Below are positions 1-11,124 of a stretch of DNA of 64,000 nucleotides, in pieces (within the stretch, counting starts at the first letter, position 1; the number at the start of each line of letters is the position of its first letter). The DNA comes from Chrysomallon squamiferum (lineage: Eukaryota > Animalia > Mollusca). The position numbers and the translations under genes are program-made. The notes under the pieces are model-generated. The model made no database searches and had not been told where the DNA came from. It saw nothing but the letters and a program-made list of their open reading frames with translations. Location of the stretch: contig CM022670.1 of the NCBI GenBank assembly GCA_012295275.1, positions 9,858,001 to 9,922,000 of the forward strand, written 5' to 3'.

Positions 1-18
1 AATAAAAAAAAAAATATG

Positions 19-80
<62 letters not shown>

Positions 81-90
81 AACACACACA
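19..90. repeat. (AC)n microsatellite
   Basis: Direct reading. Confidence 0.95.
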
Positions 91-382
91 TACATATAAA
101 TCTATCTTATCTATATATTTTGTTTTAATTTTTTTATCCATTTATCTTCTAGACATCATCAACAGAATTTTACTAATTTTCCTAACTATATAATCCCTTA
201 TTTAACACACAGAGAAACAAAATAGACATAACATTTTAATAACAAATGAAAATAAAAATTACTTTAAAACAGATAAAATCAAATCTGTGTTATCTCTATA
301 TAAAATTAATGATCATTTTACATTTATTTTTAATCTAAAAAAATAATCTAAAAATAAGACAATAATAGCAACAAAACCTAGG

Positions 383-413
<31 letters not shown>

Positions 414-416
414 TGC

Positions 417-553
417 CTCTCTATATCATCTTTTGAATCTAACCTCATCACCATAACAGTCAAATGAATGGTTGGAATATCAATCATTATTGGCTGAAGT
501 TCTTCATTTGATTTCAGAATTGATTTCTGAATAGCAGTTAATTTGTCCTTAAT
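417..553 (-). CDS. AKAP7: AKAP7-like exon with first HxT motif
   Basis: tgcag|ATT AAG GAC...GAG AG|gcaaga; IKDKLTAIQKSILKSNEELQPIMIDIPTIHLTVMVMRLDSKDDIE; GC donor inferred. Confidence 0.85.
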
Positions 554-3500
554 CTGCACAATGTACCAAGATTTCTTGTTAATTTAGATTATTTCCAAAA
601 GCTATTAAATAAATTTTCGTGTTACTTTAACTTAGTTTAAAAAAAAAAAAAAGTTAGATTTTTATATTACTTTAAATTAGTTTGAAAATCACTATATTTA
701 TTCTCATTTCAGTTTGCTTTACTTTCAAAAATACTACCAGTAAATTAGTTAATATGATTTTTTCTTCATTTAATAAAGTTAGCTTTTATTTTGATATTCA
801 TCAGTTCCCAAATATAACATAACATCCAAACCCAAGCCAAATTTACCAACAATTTTAGAGTATAATACAACCGAGTATTATTATTATTATTATTATTATA
901 TATTTTTTCCTAAAACAATCTAGAATTATATGAAAACCAAAAAATGTTTTACAAGTGCATGGGTAAATAACATTATGCTGTAAGTTTTTAGTATATTAAT
1001 AGTAAGAACAATAACTAATAATAATAATTAATAAAAAAATAAATAATAAAAAAATAAATAATAAAAAAATTAACGTAATAAACATTAATATTAATAACAA
1101 TAACAAATAAGAACAGTAACAATAATAATAATAATAAAAAAAATAGTAGTAACAACATTAATTTAACAATAAAAATAATGACGATGACAACAACAATAAT
1201 AAAATAACAGTTATATGTGTAAAAAACAAAATTGCACCTGTGGGTTTGTTATCTGAACAGATATGAAATAATTAGGAAATTTTCTCCTTGGTTTCAGGTC
1301 TTCACTGTCTGCTGCAAACTTTGACTTTGTCTCCTTGTCAACACGATTCTTGTACTTCTGCTTTTCTTTCTTCTTTTTATTCTTGGAAGCTTTAGCAGCT
1401 CTACGCATGCTTTTTTTAAACGCTTGGTCAAACTGGTCTGAAATATTTTGAAATAAGTTAGGAATATTAATATTGCTCAGTTACAAACACACATACATAC
1501 ACGTGTGGGTATTTGAATATATATATACACATGTATTCTTACATTTTGATGTATGAAATCCTGTTATCTTTATGTGAACTAAACAAAACCTGTAATCCAA
1601 TTGGTTTTTTATTTGTCATGGAAAATTACAGATACTATACAAGTGCTGACAGACTGATAAGAGAGCCCCCCCCCACCTTACACAGGGTCTAAAGTCCTTG
1701 TGCAATTTTAGAATTTTATAACAGAACTGATCTGTAAACAGGATAAGAGAAAATAATTTTTGCTTTTTTATAATATATTTAAATGTCTCCATCATTATGG
1801 ATACAAATTGAGATACAGTTCAGAAGTTCTAGAAATGTACTTTTTGGGGGGGTTAATTTTCAGAAAATATTTCTTATTGTTCACCTAGTGACAATACAAA
1901 TAACTGTTGAATACGCTTACCAGAAAATAAAGGTGATATGTCATATACTTCATCATCTATTTCAGCATTGGCAAAGGGCAAATCAAATTCCAAATCTTCT
2001 GATGCTGCTGTTTTACTAAGAGTCTCTTTAAAATATTCATTTATTTCTGATTCTTTCTTCTCAATTTGTCCCAATTCTCCTGAAGCAGAAGATGATTTTC
2101 CTCCTAAATTCTCAACCTCTGTCTCTAATACAGACTCTTCTCTTTCAGCCTCTAAAACCTGATTTGCAATTTTAGTGATGTTTGCTTTAACAGTCTGCCT
2201 CACTCCTTCAAGAAGTTCTGGAGGCAGAATACTTGATTTGGATTTGGAATGTGCAGAATTATTTGAATCTAAAACTGTTTTGTCATATGTCAGAGATGAG
2301 GATGCATCTAATCCACATTTTGAAATAGAAGTCTCAGATTTTGCAGAGCTCATATCACTGAATCCCGAAGATGTAGTTGAATTTGTATCTGAAGAAGACA
2401 CTGTTGCTGTTTTAACCAATTTAATATCCAGTTCTGATGACTGTTTACAAGCAATATTTCTGAGTTTTGAACTGTCAGCGGTCTGGGAACCAATGGTTTT
2501 TGCATATTTTGCAGGTACTTCTGATTTGGTTTTTGCTTCAGTTGATATTTTATCTGTCCTTCCTTTCTCAGCAATGTCCCTTTTCGGCACAGAATTATTC
2601 CTTTTTTTAACTTCAAATTTTGGTTCCTTAGTAGGACCAGCTTCACTTTTAGGTTTCGGAGGAACCATTGATTGAGCTTTATTAGCTTTTGTAGTGACAT
2701 TGTCAGCACTCACAGCTTTAGATATATCAGCACTTGCAACTTTAGTTTTGTCAGCATTCACAGCTTTAATTTGATCAGCACTCACTGTTTTAGATTTGTC
2801 AGAACTCACAACTTTAGTTTTCACAACTTTAGTTTTGTCAGCACACACAGCCTTAGATTTGTCACAGTACTCACAGCTTTAGATTTATCAGTACTCACAG
2901 TTTTATATTTGTCAGCACTCACAGTTTTAGTTTTGTCAGCACTCACAGCTTTAGTTTTGTCAGCAGTCACAGCTTTAGATTTGTTAGCACTCACAGTTTT
3001 ATATTTGTCAGCAGTAACAGCTTTAGTTTTGTCAGCACTCACAGCTTTAGATTTATCAGCACTCACAGTTTTATATATGTCAGCATTCACAGTTTTAGTT
3101 TTGTCAGCACTCACAGCTTTAGTTTTGTCAGCACTCACAGTTTTATATTTGTCAGCAGTCACAGCTTTAGATTTGTTAGCACTCACAGTTTTATATTTGT
3201 CAGCACTCACAGTTTTAGTTTTGTCAGCACTCACAGCTTTAGTTTTGTCAGCAGTCACAGCTTTAGATTTGTTAGCACTCACAGTTTTAGTTTTGTCAGC
3301 ACTCACAGTTTTAGTTTTGTCAGCAGTCACAGCTTTAGTTTTGTCAGCAGTCACAGCTTTAGATTTGTTAGCACTCACAGTTTTATATTTGTCAGCAGTC
3401 ACAGCTTTAGTTTTGTCAAGTCACAGCTTTAGTTTTGTCAACACTCACAGCTTTAGATTTATCAGTACTCACAGTTTTATATTTGTCAGCACTCACAGTT

Positions 3501-5757
3501 TTAGTTTTGTCAGCACTCACAGCTTTAGTTTTGTCAGCAGTCACAGCTTTAGATTTGTCAGCACCCACAGTTTTAATTTTATCAGCACTCACAGCTTTAG
3601 ATTTGCCAACATTCAGAGTTTTAGATTTGTCAGCATTCACAGTTAAAGATTTGTCAGCATTGATAGCTTTAGTTTTTTCAACATTTGAAAGTTTTAAAGA
3701 GATATCTTGCCTTAGCACTGCTTTGGTAGCTGGATTTGTATACATTACTGTTTGACTAGGTCCTGACATGGTGTAAGTAGTTTTTAAATCAAATTTGCTC
3801 TTTGATGACTGTGACCGTTTACTGTTATCTCCTTTGGCTTCCCCTATATTATCAACTGATTTTCCTTTTATTGCATTTTTTCCATCATTTTTTGACATCC
3901 TGAGTCCAGCATTCAACTCTGTTTTTCCGTGTGAGCTTTTTGCTGATTTATGTGAAACAGATTTACTTGCAGGTTTACTGAGGGATGCCATTTGCTGCCA
4001 GCTACTTTTTTGAAATTTAAAAAATGACTTAGTCTTGTGTTTTTTTGACTGTTCCAATGATGCATCTTTGCCCTTTGAGTGGTCAACTGATCCACCTTTG
4101 CCCTTTGATTGTTTTAATGATACATCTTTGCCATTCTCCATAGATTTGGCATATGTGATTACTTTCTTTTCAGTTTTGTATGATTTAGAATACTTTGAAG
4201 AATCTGCTCCATTAAAATCAGTTTTTCCTGAAGGTTCTGCTTTTCTCTTCCGATCTAAACTTTTTTCATCTTTCAAATGTATTTCAGGTATCCCATTCAA
4301 CTTCTTTGTTTCATTTATATTTTCAGGAATGTGATGTTTTGTTGGAGAAGAGGTTGTCTTTTCCTGATTAGTATCAAGTGAAGCTCCCATTATTTTCTCT
4401 GTTGCTGTTAAATTCTGAATACTGCCATCTTTAGGAATATTTATCGTAGCATAACCAACAGTTTTATCTTTGCTGGATGATTCTGTTTTAATCAGCTCTT
4501 GCTTGTTTTCAACTAATTCAGAATTGTTATTGGAAATGAGAGTATGAGTTGTTTTGTCATCATCATTAAGATGAGAATCTTGTAAATAAGTCTGAGCTGG
4601 TGTAAGAGAAGTGTTACACTTTATTTCAGTACTTAAACCTTTCACAGTGTCTGCAGAATTAGAATCATTACTAATGTTAGAAAACAAAGACTCTGGTAGT
4701 AACTCAGATGAAGCAAGTACATAATTCGACTTACTGCTTGCATGAAGCTCTACTTTTAAACTGTCAATTTTATCAGTGACTGTTTTGGATTCCATGATGT
4801 CTGATTCTACACAGTCTTTCAAAACAGGAATATTTGCCATTTTCAATGGGGGTGGGCTTATTAAAAGTTCCATCTGGATGTTTTCGTTTAGCCATATCTC
4901 CAGTCAGCACAGATATACATTGTGAAACAGATTCTACTTTAATAAGTTGTTTTTCTGAACCCAAGTCTGTTAATGCAAATGTAACCTGGCTTCCTGAAAT
5001 CAGTCTGGATAAAGTGAATTTGAAACAACTGTGACAGCTTACACATCCCTTTATCACTGATCCTGAAACCAAACACAACTTGGTCATAAATGAGAAAGAA
5101 TTCTATTTATATATTGTTTAAATTATTTAGCCCTTTCAGCTTATATATTTTAAATAAACAGAGAGACAGAAAGATACTGTTTGTTGAGAAGTCCATATAA
5201 TCATATAATTTTACATTCCTACTGATTCATACAAAATGTATTAGTCATGATTCTGAACTTTATATTTACACTTCATTCTCACCATCATCAAACCATGTTT
5301 TCTGGACGATACATTTTTAAATATTTATATATTTATATATTTTATGTGAGGTGTAATGCCAAACATTTAGCAATAACGTTTTGCTTGTAAGAATCATGTT
5401 ATCCTTAAAAATTATCAATGAAATATGAAATCACCCCAACATTTTGTAAAAGTTGTGAACAATGGTTTGAAAACGACTGAGTACTGTTCAGTTTAATAAA
5501 ATATAAAACATTTGCACATTTTTCTTTTAGAATTTAATTTTTAATATTATTTGTTTATTTATTTATTTATTGTTTTGTTTTTATTTGTAATCTTATTAAC
5601 TCATTTTTAACACTTATAAAGCTAGAGTAGGCATTTTCTTGATACCCATCACAATTATATATACATTCATTTGCATTAATCTGATATATTTGTTTTTCTA
5701 CATTATTATAGTTTTCACTTTACAAATAACATTTGTTTGTTTTTATTTACTTGCCAT
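417..5757 (-). CDS. AKAP7: AKAP7-like protein (2H-phosphoesterase/AKAP7_NLS domain) with very long repetitive N-terminal extension; 3' part outside window
   Basis: Exons 5751-5757 (ATG GCA A), 1921-5062, 1238-1437, 417-553 with compatible phases (1,1,0). FPNYFISVQITNPQ|IKDKLTAIQKSILKSNEELQPIMIDIPTIHLTVMVMRL resembles the vertebrate AKAP7 central domain and includes the first HxT motif (HLT). The large exon has three apparent indels. Confidence 0.8.
1238..1437 (-). CDS. AKAP7: AKAP7-like exon (basic NLS-like stretch and start of AKAP7 domain)
   Basis: ttcag|AC...CAG|gtgcaa; (D)QFDQAFKKSMRRAAKASKNKKKKEKQKYK...RKFPNYFISVQITNPQ. Confidence 0.88.
1921..5062 (-). CDS. AKAP7: Giant (3142 nt) exon of AKAP7-like gene; Ser/Lys/Thr-rich region with 8-aa repeats, interrupted by 3 apparent indels
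   Basis: Acceptor gtttcag|GA at 5062, donor TCT G|gtaagc at 1921. Spans ORFs 4773-5087, 3416-4873, 2821-3402 and 1874-2848. Confidence 0.72.
2700..3685 (-). repeat. Coding 24-bp minisatellite, ~40 units, peptide ADK(T/S/Y)K(A/T)V(S/T)
   Basis: Plus-strand unit agttttgtcagcactcacagcttt repeated with variants; visible in ORF translations. Confidence 0.97.
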
Positions 5758-5790
5758 TAATATTTTGAAAATGTTGATAAATTCAATTAA
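5751..5790 (-). CDS. AKAP7: Putative 40-nt start-codon exon of AKAP7-like gene
   Basis: ctgtttag|TTAATTG...ATG GCA A|gtaaat; phase 1 matches the next exon, giving MARSVIKGCVSCHSCF. Confidence 0.55.
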
Positions 5791-5819
5791 CTAAACAGTA
5801 AAAGATCAGTTAGACTGAG

Positions 5820-6300
5820 TAACCGGGTCTAAATTCACGTAAAAAAATAAATATAAACAAAGAATGATATTGATAATAAAACCTAAAATAAATGCACTGA
5901 CAAAAATTCATCGTGTTATTTCCGTAACTTGTCATAATAACGCATTATATTTGGCGATTCTTGTACAAGTTAAAAACAATTTAATATGCTCGAATTATCT
6001 GCGCTTGGACATATTTTCAAAAAATGGTTATCCGGTAAGTCACCGACACAATAACGAAGTTAATAATTTTATCGTTATTGCATAATCCCTCGAAACAGAC
6101 TATTGTTTAGAATTATGTATTTTAAAAATCACAGACAACAATAATATAACAAGACATACTACAATACATGCTTTAAAACGAAGATGGAATTGCAGCAGTC
6201 TTCTCGCCTTCTGAACTTACAAGGTCAAGGCCATTATTGTAGTCACATTTGCATTTGTTTACGTTCTCCAGAAATTGATTTTACGGTGCGTTTATAAATA
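5820..6300 (-). promoter_or_regulatory. Putative promoter / non-coding first exon of AKAP7-like gene
   Basis: Local CpG retention in CpG-poor DNA; minus-strand donor CCTT|gtaagttcag at 6220. Confidence 0.5.
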
Positions 6301-6944
6301 AATAAATAATAATAAAACTTTTAATAATAATAATAATTATTATTATTATTAAAAAAAAAAAAGAAAAAAAAGTAAATTTTAGTGTACACACTATATGGGG
6401 TGTATTTTATTACTATTATTTATTTATTTATTTATTTATTTTAATGGACACCATTAACCCAAGTTATCCATCGGGTTATTTATTTATTATTTCATGTCAT
6501 GCTTGAACAAAAAAACATTACCCACATCACCCATAATAGAAAACTTTATAATTAGCAGTAATTCTAGTGTATCTGTGCTCCATTAACAGAAAAACAAAAA
6601 TACCACGACTTGTACCATGTTAGTTCATCCCAGTTCATCAAGATAAACGCTGACAAATTGCGTTTCAACAGTTTAAAACGTGTAAAAGGTGAGAAGCCTT
6701 TGCCTTATATATCATCAGTGTATTTTAATTTATAATTCAAATTTTTTTAAATTTATTTTTCATTTATTTTTTTTCCTTTCTCCTTCAGCAATAAAACAAA
6801 AATAAACTTTTAAATTATAATTTTATATTTAGTAATACTTTTTTTTTTTTTTTTTTAAAAGAAAAAGAAGAAAAAAAAAACAGGTTAATATAAAATTAAA
6901 TATATAAAAGACCACAAAGAATATCTATATATTTGTTGTTATAT

Positions 6945-6950
6945 TTTATT
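6945..6950 (-). terminator. Candidate distal polyadenylation signal of ROCK
   Basis: AATAAA on minus strand followed by a U/GU-rich tract (ttctttgtggtctttt) just upstream of the AKAP7-like promoter. Confidence 0.35.
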
Positions 6951-7362
6951 TATAGGATTTGTACATGCAATGTTGAAGTTGAATGAACACAGTCTTATCT
7001 TCATAACAGTTTTACATGATGAATATGAAAATAGTTCCATAGAAAGTTTCATACAAAAGTGGCAGTCTAAAATAAAAATTCTACCATATACACATATAAT
7101 ATACAGTAATAAGCATATTTACTTATATTTATATTTGTATTTATTTATACATGTATATATATATTTTTTTGTATCAATCATTAATCTCCCACATTAATAT
7201 GTTCATAATGTCCGTACAGCAGTGCAGACTACATGCACATACAAATTTATAAATAACACTAATGCCCCCTTGCTAATATTTACAGAAGTAAGCTACAGTT
7301 TAAATGAAAACAGGGAACAGAAACCAGAAATCAAAAGGAAAAAGCAAAAAGAAAAGAGACAC

Positions 7363-7403
<41 letters not shown>

Positions 7404-7590
7404 TAGCCTGAGAAATATAAATATGTAAGATTAGATGAGAGTGCATATATGAAGTTTTAACCCACAACCTAACTTTTTAAATAATCTCAGGTCTTAACCT
7501 GAACATTATGACATATTAACAAAATTATATGTATGTTAAACCCTGCACTCAAAGATTAAATACAAAAATCGTGATTCTTATGTTAGCCAG

Positions 7591-7840
7591 AATGTCCAGA
7601 TGCACATTTTACAAATTAGCCTCAATGTCTAAATACATTTTACAAATTATGTCTAAATAAATTTTACAAATCGGTCTAAATATGTTTTAGAAATTAGTCT
7701 TAATGTCTAAATAAGTTTTTACAAAGCAGCCTCAATGTTTAAATAATTTTCTACAATTCATTCAGCTTTAATGTCTAAATAATTTTACAAATTAATCTCA
7801 GTGTCCTAATATACATTTTATGATTTTGCCTCAGTGCCTA
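7591..7840. repeat. Degenerate minisatellite (~24-35 bp units, core tgtctaaata..ttttacaaatta)
   Basis: About 8-9 imperfect tandem copies. Confidence 0.8.
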
Positions 7841-10800
7841 GATTCCCATTAATTACAAGTACATTATAAACTGTAATATTTGTGACAAAGATAGCACCAC
7901 AGAACTAAGACAACAGCAAGCCAACAAGAATAAGAGATCATTACATGTTAAGCAATGTGTCAACTACATCTTAACAACCTTACACTAGTTTACACTTCTA
8001 TCCATTCATTAGACAAAGAACCCTAACTCTGCATGTATTTAGATGTATTTACATAACGTATCATTAGAGAATAAATAATTCAATACTGTACAAATTTATG
8101 ATTATTAATGATTAAACTGTTAGCATTTGGATTTAAATAATCTGTATTTGTGTTCATTTGTGTGAAAATTTCGGAGTTACAACAACTTCTGACATTCAGT
8201 TCACTGCTTTGACTTTGAAAGACAATGTATACAGCTTTCAAATGAAGCTGGTTTCTAGTGAAATTTACAAATACTGAAATCTCAATCCTGATTTAGGGGC
8301 TTATTAAAAATATTATTTTTAATTTTATTTATTGTTTATTGTATTTATTTTTTTATTCATTTATTATTATTTGTTTGATTTTACTTTATTTTTTTTATGT
8401 GCCTTTTATAACAAAATTTAGTCATGTTCTGAAATTCAAAGTAAATCTGTTTAGCAATGTTTTTCTTTTTTCACATCAGCATTCTGTCCTGTTCAAAACT
8501 CAAAAAATCTGCATTTATACTAATATAGCAGCTTTTTTTTTTCACTCAAAAGCAACTGGAAAGCCTTGTTACAACAAATTTTATACTTCAGCATTAAAGC
8601 ATTTACATTTGCTATTTCTTTTAGTAGAACTAACTACTGGATAAAATTAATAAATAAAAGGAAATCTGTGAAAGAAAGGAGAAAAAAACCCAATTGTTTG
8701 AAATGGATACAAGATAATATAAATTAATATCCAGTAAGCAAATTTGTTTACTGATAATCCACATATATAATCTCACGTTTTGAAACAAATATTACCGGGA
8801 AACAATACAATTTCGTGAAATGGAAAAAGAAAACAGAAACGCCCCACACTGTATGAGGACAGAAAAAAAAAAAAAAAAAAAGCAACATGTAGATGAGAAA
8901 GTTTATTTATATCATGACATAGCAAAATAAGCATGCAAGCATGACTACATTGTTATTAGTAGCTAACGAATACATTAACAAAAATGTTTTTATGAAAATT
9001 TCAAAGCTGCAAAGTAACACAGTGTGGTTCGGAAATCAATATAAATAAAAACAAATATTAAAGCAAGGATCAACAACATGCAGATATTTCACATTTTCAA
9101 TCGGACATGAAACTATGTACATATATATGCCCAGTGAAAGCTTTATATAAAATATTATCAATATCTTATTGTCATTTTGTAACCCTCAGATGATCAACAT
9201 AGCAGAAATATACAAATATATCATTTTACCTGCTACATCACAACCTCCAATTACATCACACTGCACAATTATAATAATAATAATAAAAAAAAATACTATG
9301 TCAGTTAAAAAATTTATATATAATTCTTTTAAAATCCTGATTTTGGCGTTTTTCAGTTCATGGTGGTAAAAAAAAAAAAAAATAATAATAAATGAAAAAG
9401 GCACAAATCATGGCAAATTATAATACAAACTGAGTAACATCATCAGATACATTCCTTTATCAGTTACACCTACACAAATCATATCACATTCATTACTTTC
9501 ATGTTCTTAAATTTCTAGTTATTCTTGATAAAAACTTAACACATTTAAATAATATCAAAAGAAAGTTATCAAAAATTGCACTACAAAGAGAAAAGTAAAA
9601 GGTACACTTGTGATATTATGTAAAATAAAGTTTACAAGGTAAATACTGAGACAAAGCATAATTTAAGTACATTAATAGCTGAATTGTTAATACATAAACA
9701 AAATCTCAGTTAATGCATGTAAAATATATTTGTTATGTAAATACTTTTTATTAGCCTAGACATTCAGCAGCTAGATTTAGTGTTTTGAATTTAAAAGAAT
9801 GTTAAGATTCTGATAACATTATAAACATTTACATTTCTACCATAAAGGGTTCCAGTAATGTAAAATTTACTATGACTCAAATGTTCATTATTTGTAAGTA
9901 GAAACTGTAATATGTGGTGAACAGCTGTTTTAATGCCTCTGTCATTTCTGTCCATAGACTATGATGGCAACAAATATTTTACATATTTAAAATTTTCCAT
10001 TGATGATACATATGTTGTTACAAATTTCATTTATTTGGAAATAAGAATGATGCACGAATAACTAAAGATTTAAAATGACTTTTAAATGAGCTAAGTTATA
10101 AAACATTTCTTTTTCTTTTCTTCTTTTTTTTTTTTTTTTTTTAACCACCAGAATGAATCAGAATCAAAATATAAATATAACTTATTTTAGTCTTGGTATA
10201 ATAGAAAAATTAAAGAATAGTTTGTAATTTCTGAATAAACACAACCAAATTGCAATTTAAAAAACCTCAGTATTACTAAAAACTATAATACTGCAATGAA
10301 ATTTAATTCCTTAGAACCAAATCCACTGAAGGATGTAACAGAATTTAACCACAAATTTGGCTTGATTTTTCTAAATACTTTTTTTTTTTTTTTTTAAATT
10401 TTTTCCTGATGTATCAAAATCAAACAAAAAATAAAAAGGGAAAGAGTGAGGGGAAAAAAAATCTTGTTTCATATAAAGTAACCACATACCCTTTTCTTCA
10501 TAATACACATTAAATAGCACTTTCAATAAAATTAAAGCCATTGGAATGTTGTTTTTCATTATCAGCACTTAAAATTTTGTTGCATATATGAAAATACAGA
10601 GATAAATCAAGAATAATTACTAAAAATTCAAGGTAAAAAAAAAACATTAAAAAAAAAACAAAAAAATTGGCAATGTAAATCAATTTCCACAATTTTTAAG
10701 CAATGTATTAAATTAATCATTTCAATTTTACTTGCAAATATGTTTTCATGGTGTAATAATTTTTTTTTTTTTTCTAGTTATTAACTCAGTCTGGATAAAT

Positions 10801-11091
10801 TCTTAAAAACAAAATGAAAAACAAATATGTAGAGGCACATGTAATCTATCTGTTATTATTATTATTTTACAGTAACCTCCACAAACCACTTGATAAAAAC
10901 ATTACATTCTGAATTAAAAGATTTTATCAAAACATCTTCTAATGACAATATAAATAGATTAGAGCTCATTTCAGAAGAAATAGTCTAATTAACAGAATTT
11001 AAAATGGCAGCAGCAAACATCACAGTAGTGTAACTGCTGCCTGGTTATGCTGCCAATAAATTGTCTAATTCTGTTCTCATTCATGTATGTA

Positions 11092-11124
<33 letters not shown>

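Noticed and set aside
1938-2675. Plus-strand ORFs 1938-2162 and 2175-2675
   Set aside because: Antisense to the giant coding exon; typical shadow ORFs
2672-3755. Long plus-strand ORFs (324 aa and 106 aa, LSALTALV repeats)
   Set aside because: Antisense shadow of the stop-free 24-bp repeat; no splice signals or promoter support
6221-6234. ATG in the putative first exon of the AKAP7-like gene
   Set aside because: Spliced to the next exon it gives MALTF-stop; at most a short uORF
7591-7840. Repeat array resembling CRISPR
   Set aside because: Degenerate tandem units without unique spacers; eukaryotic context, no cas genes
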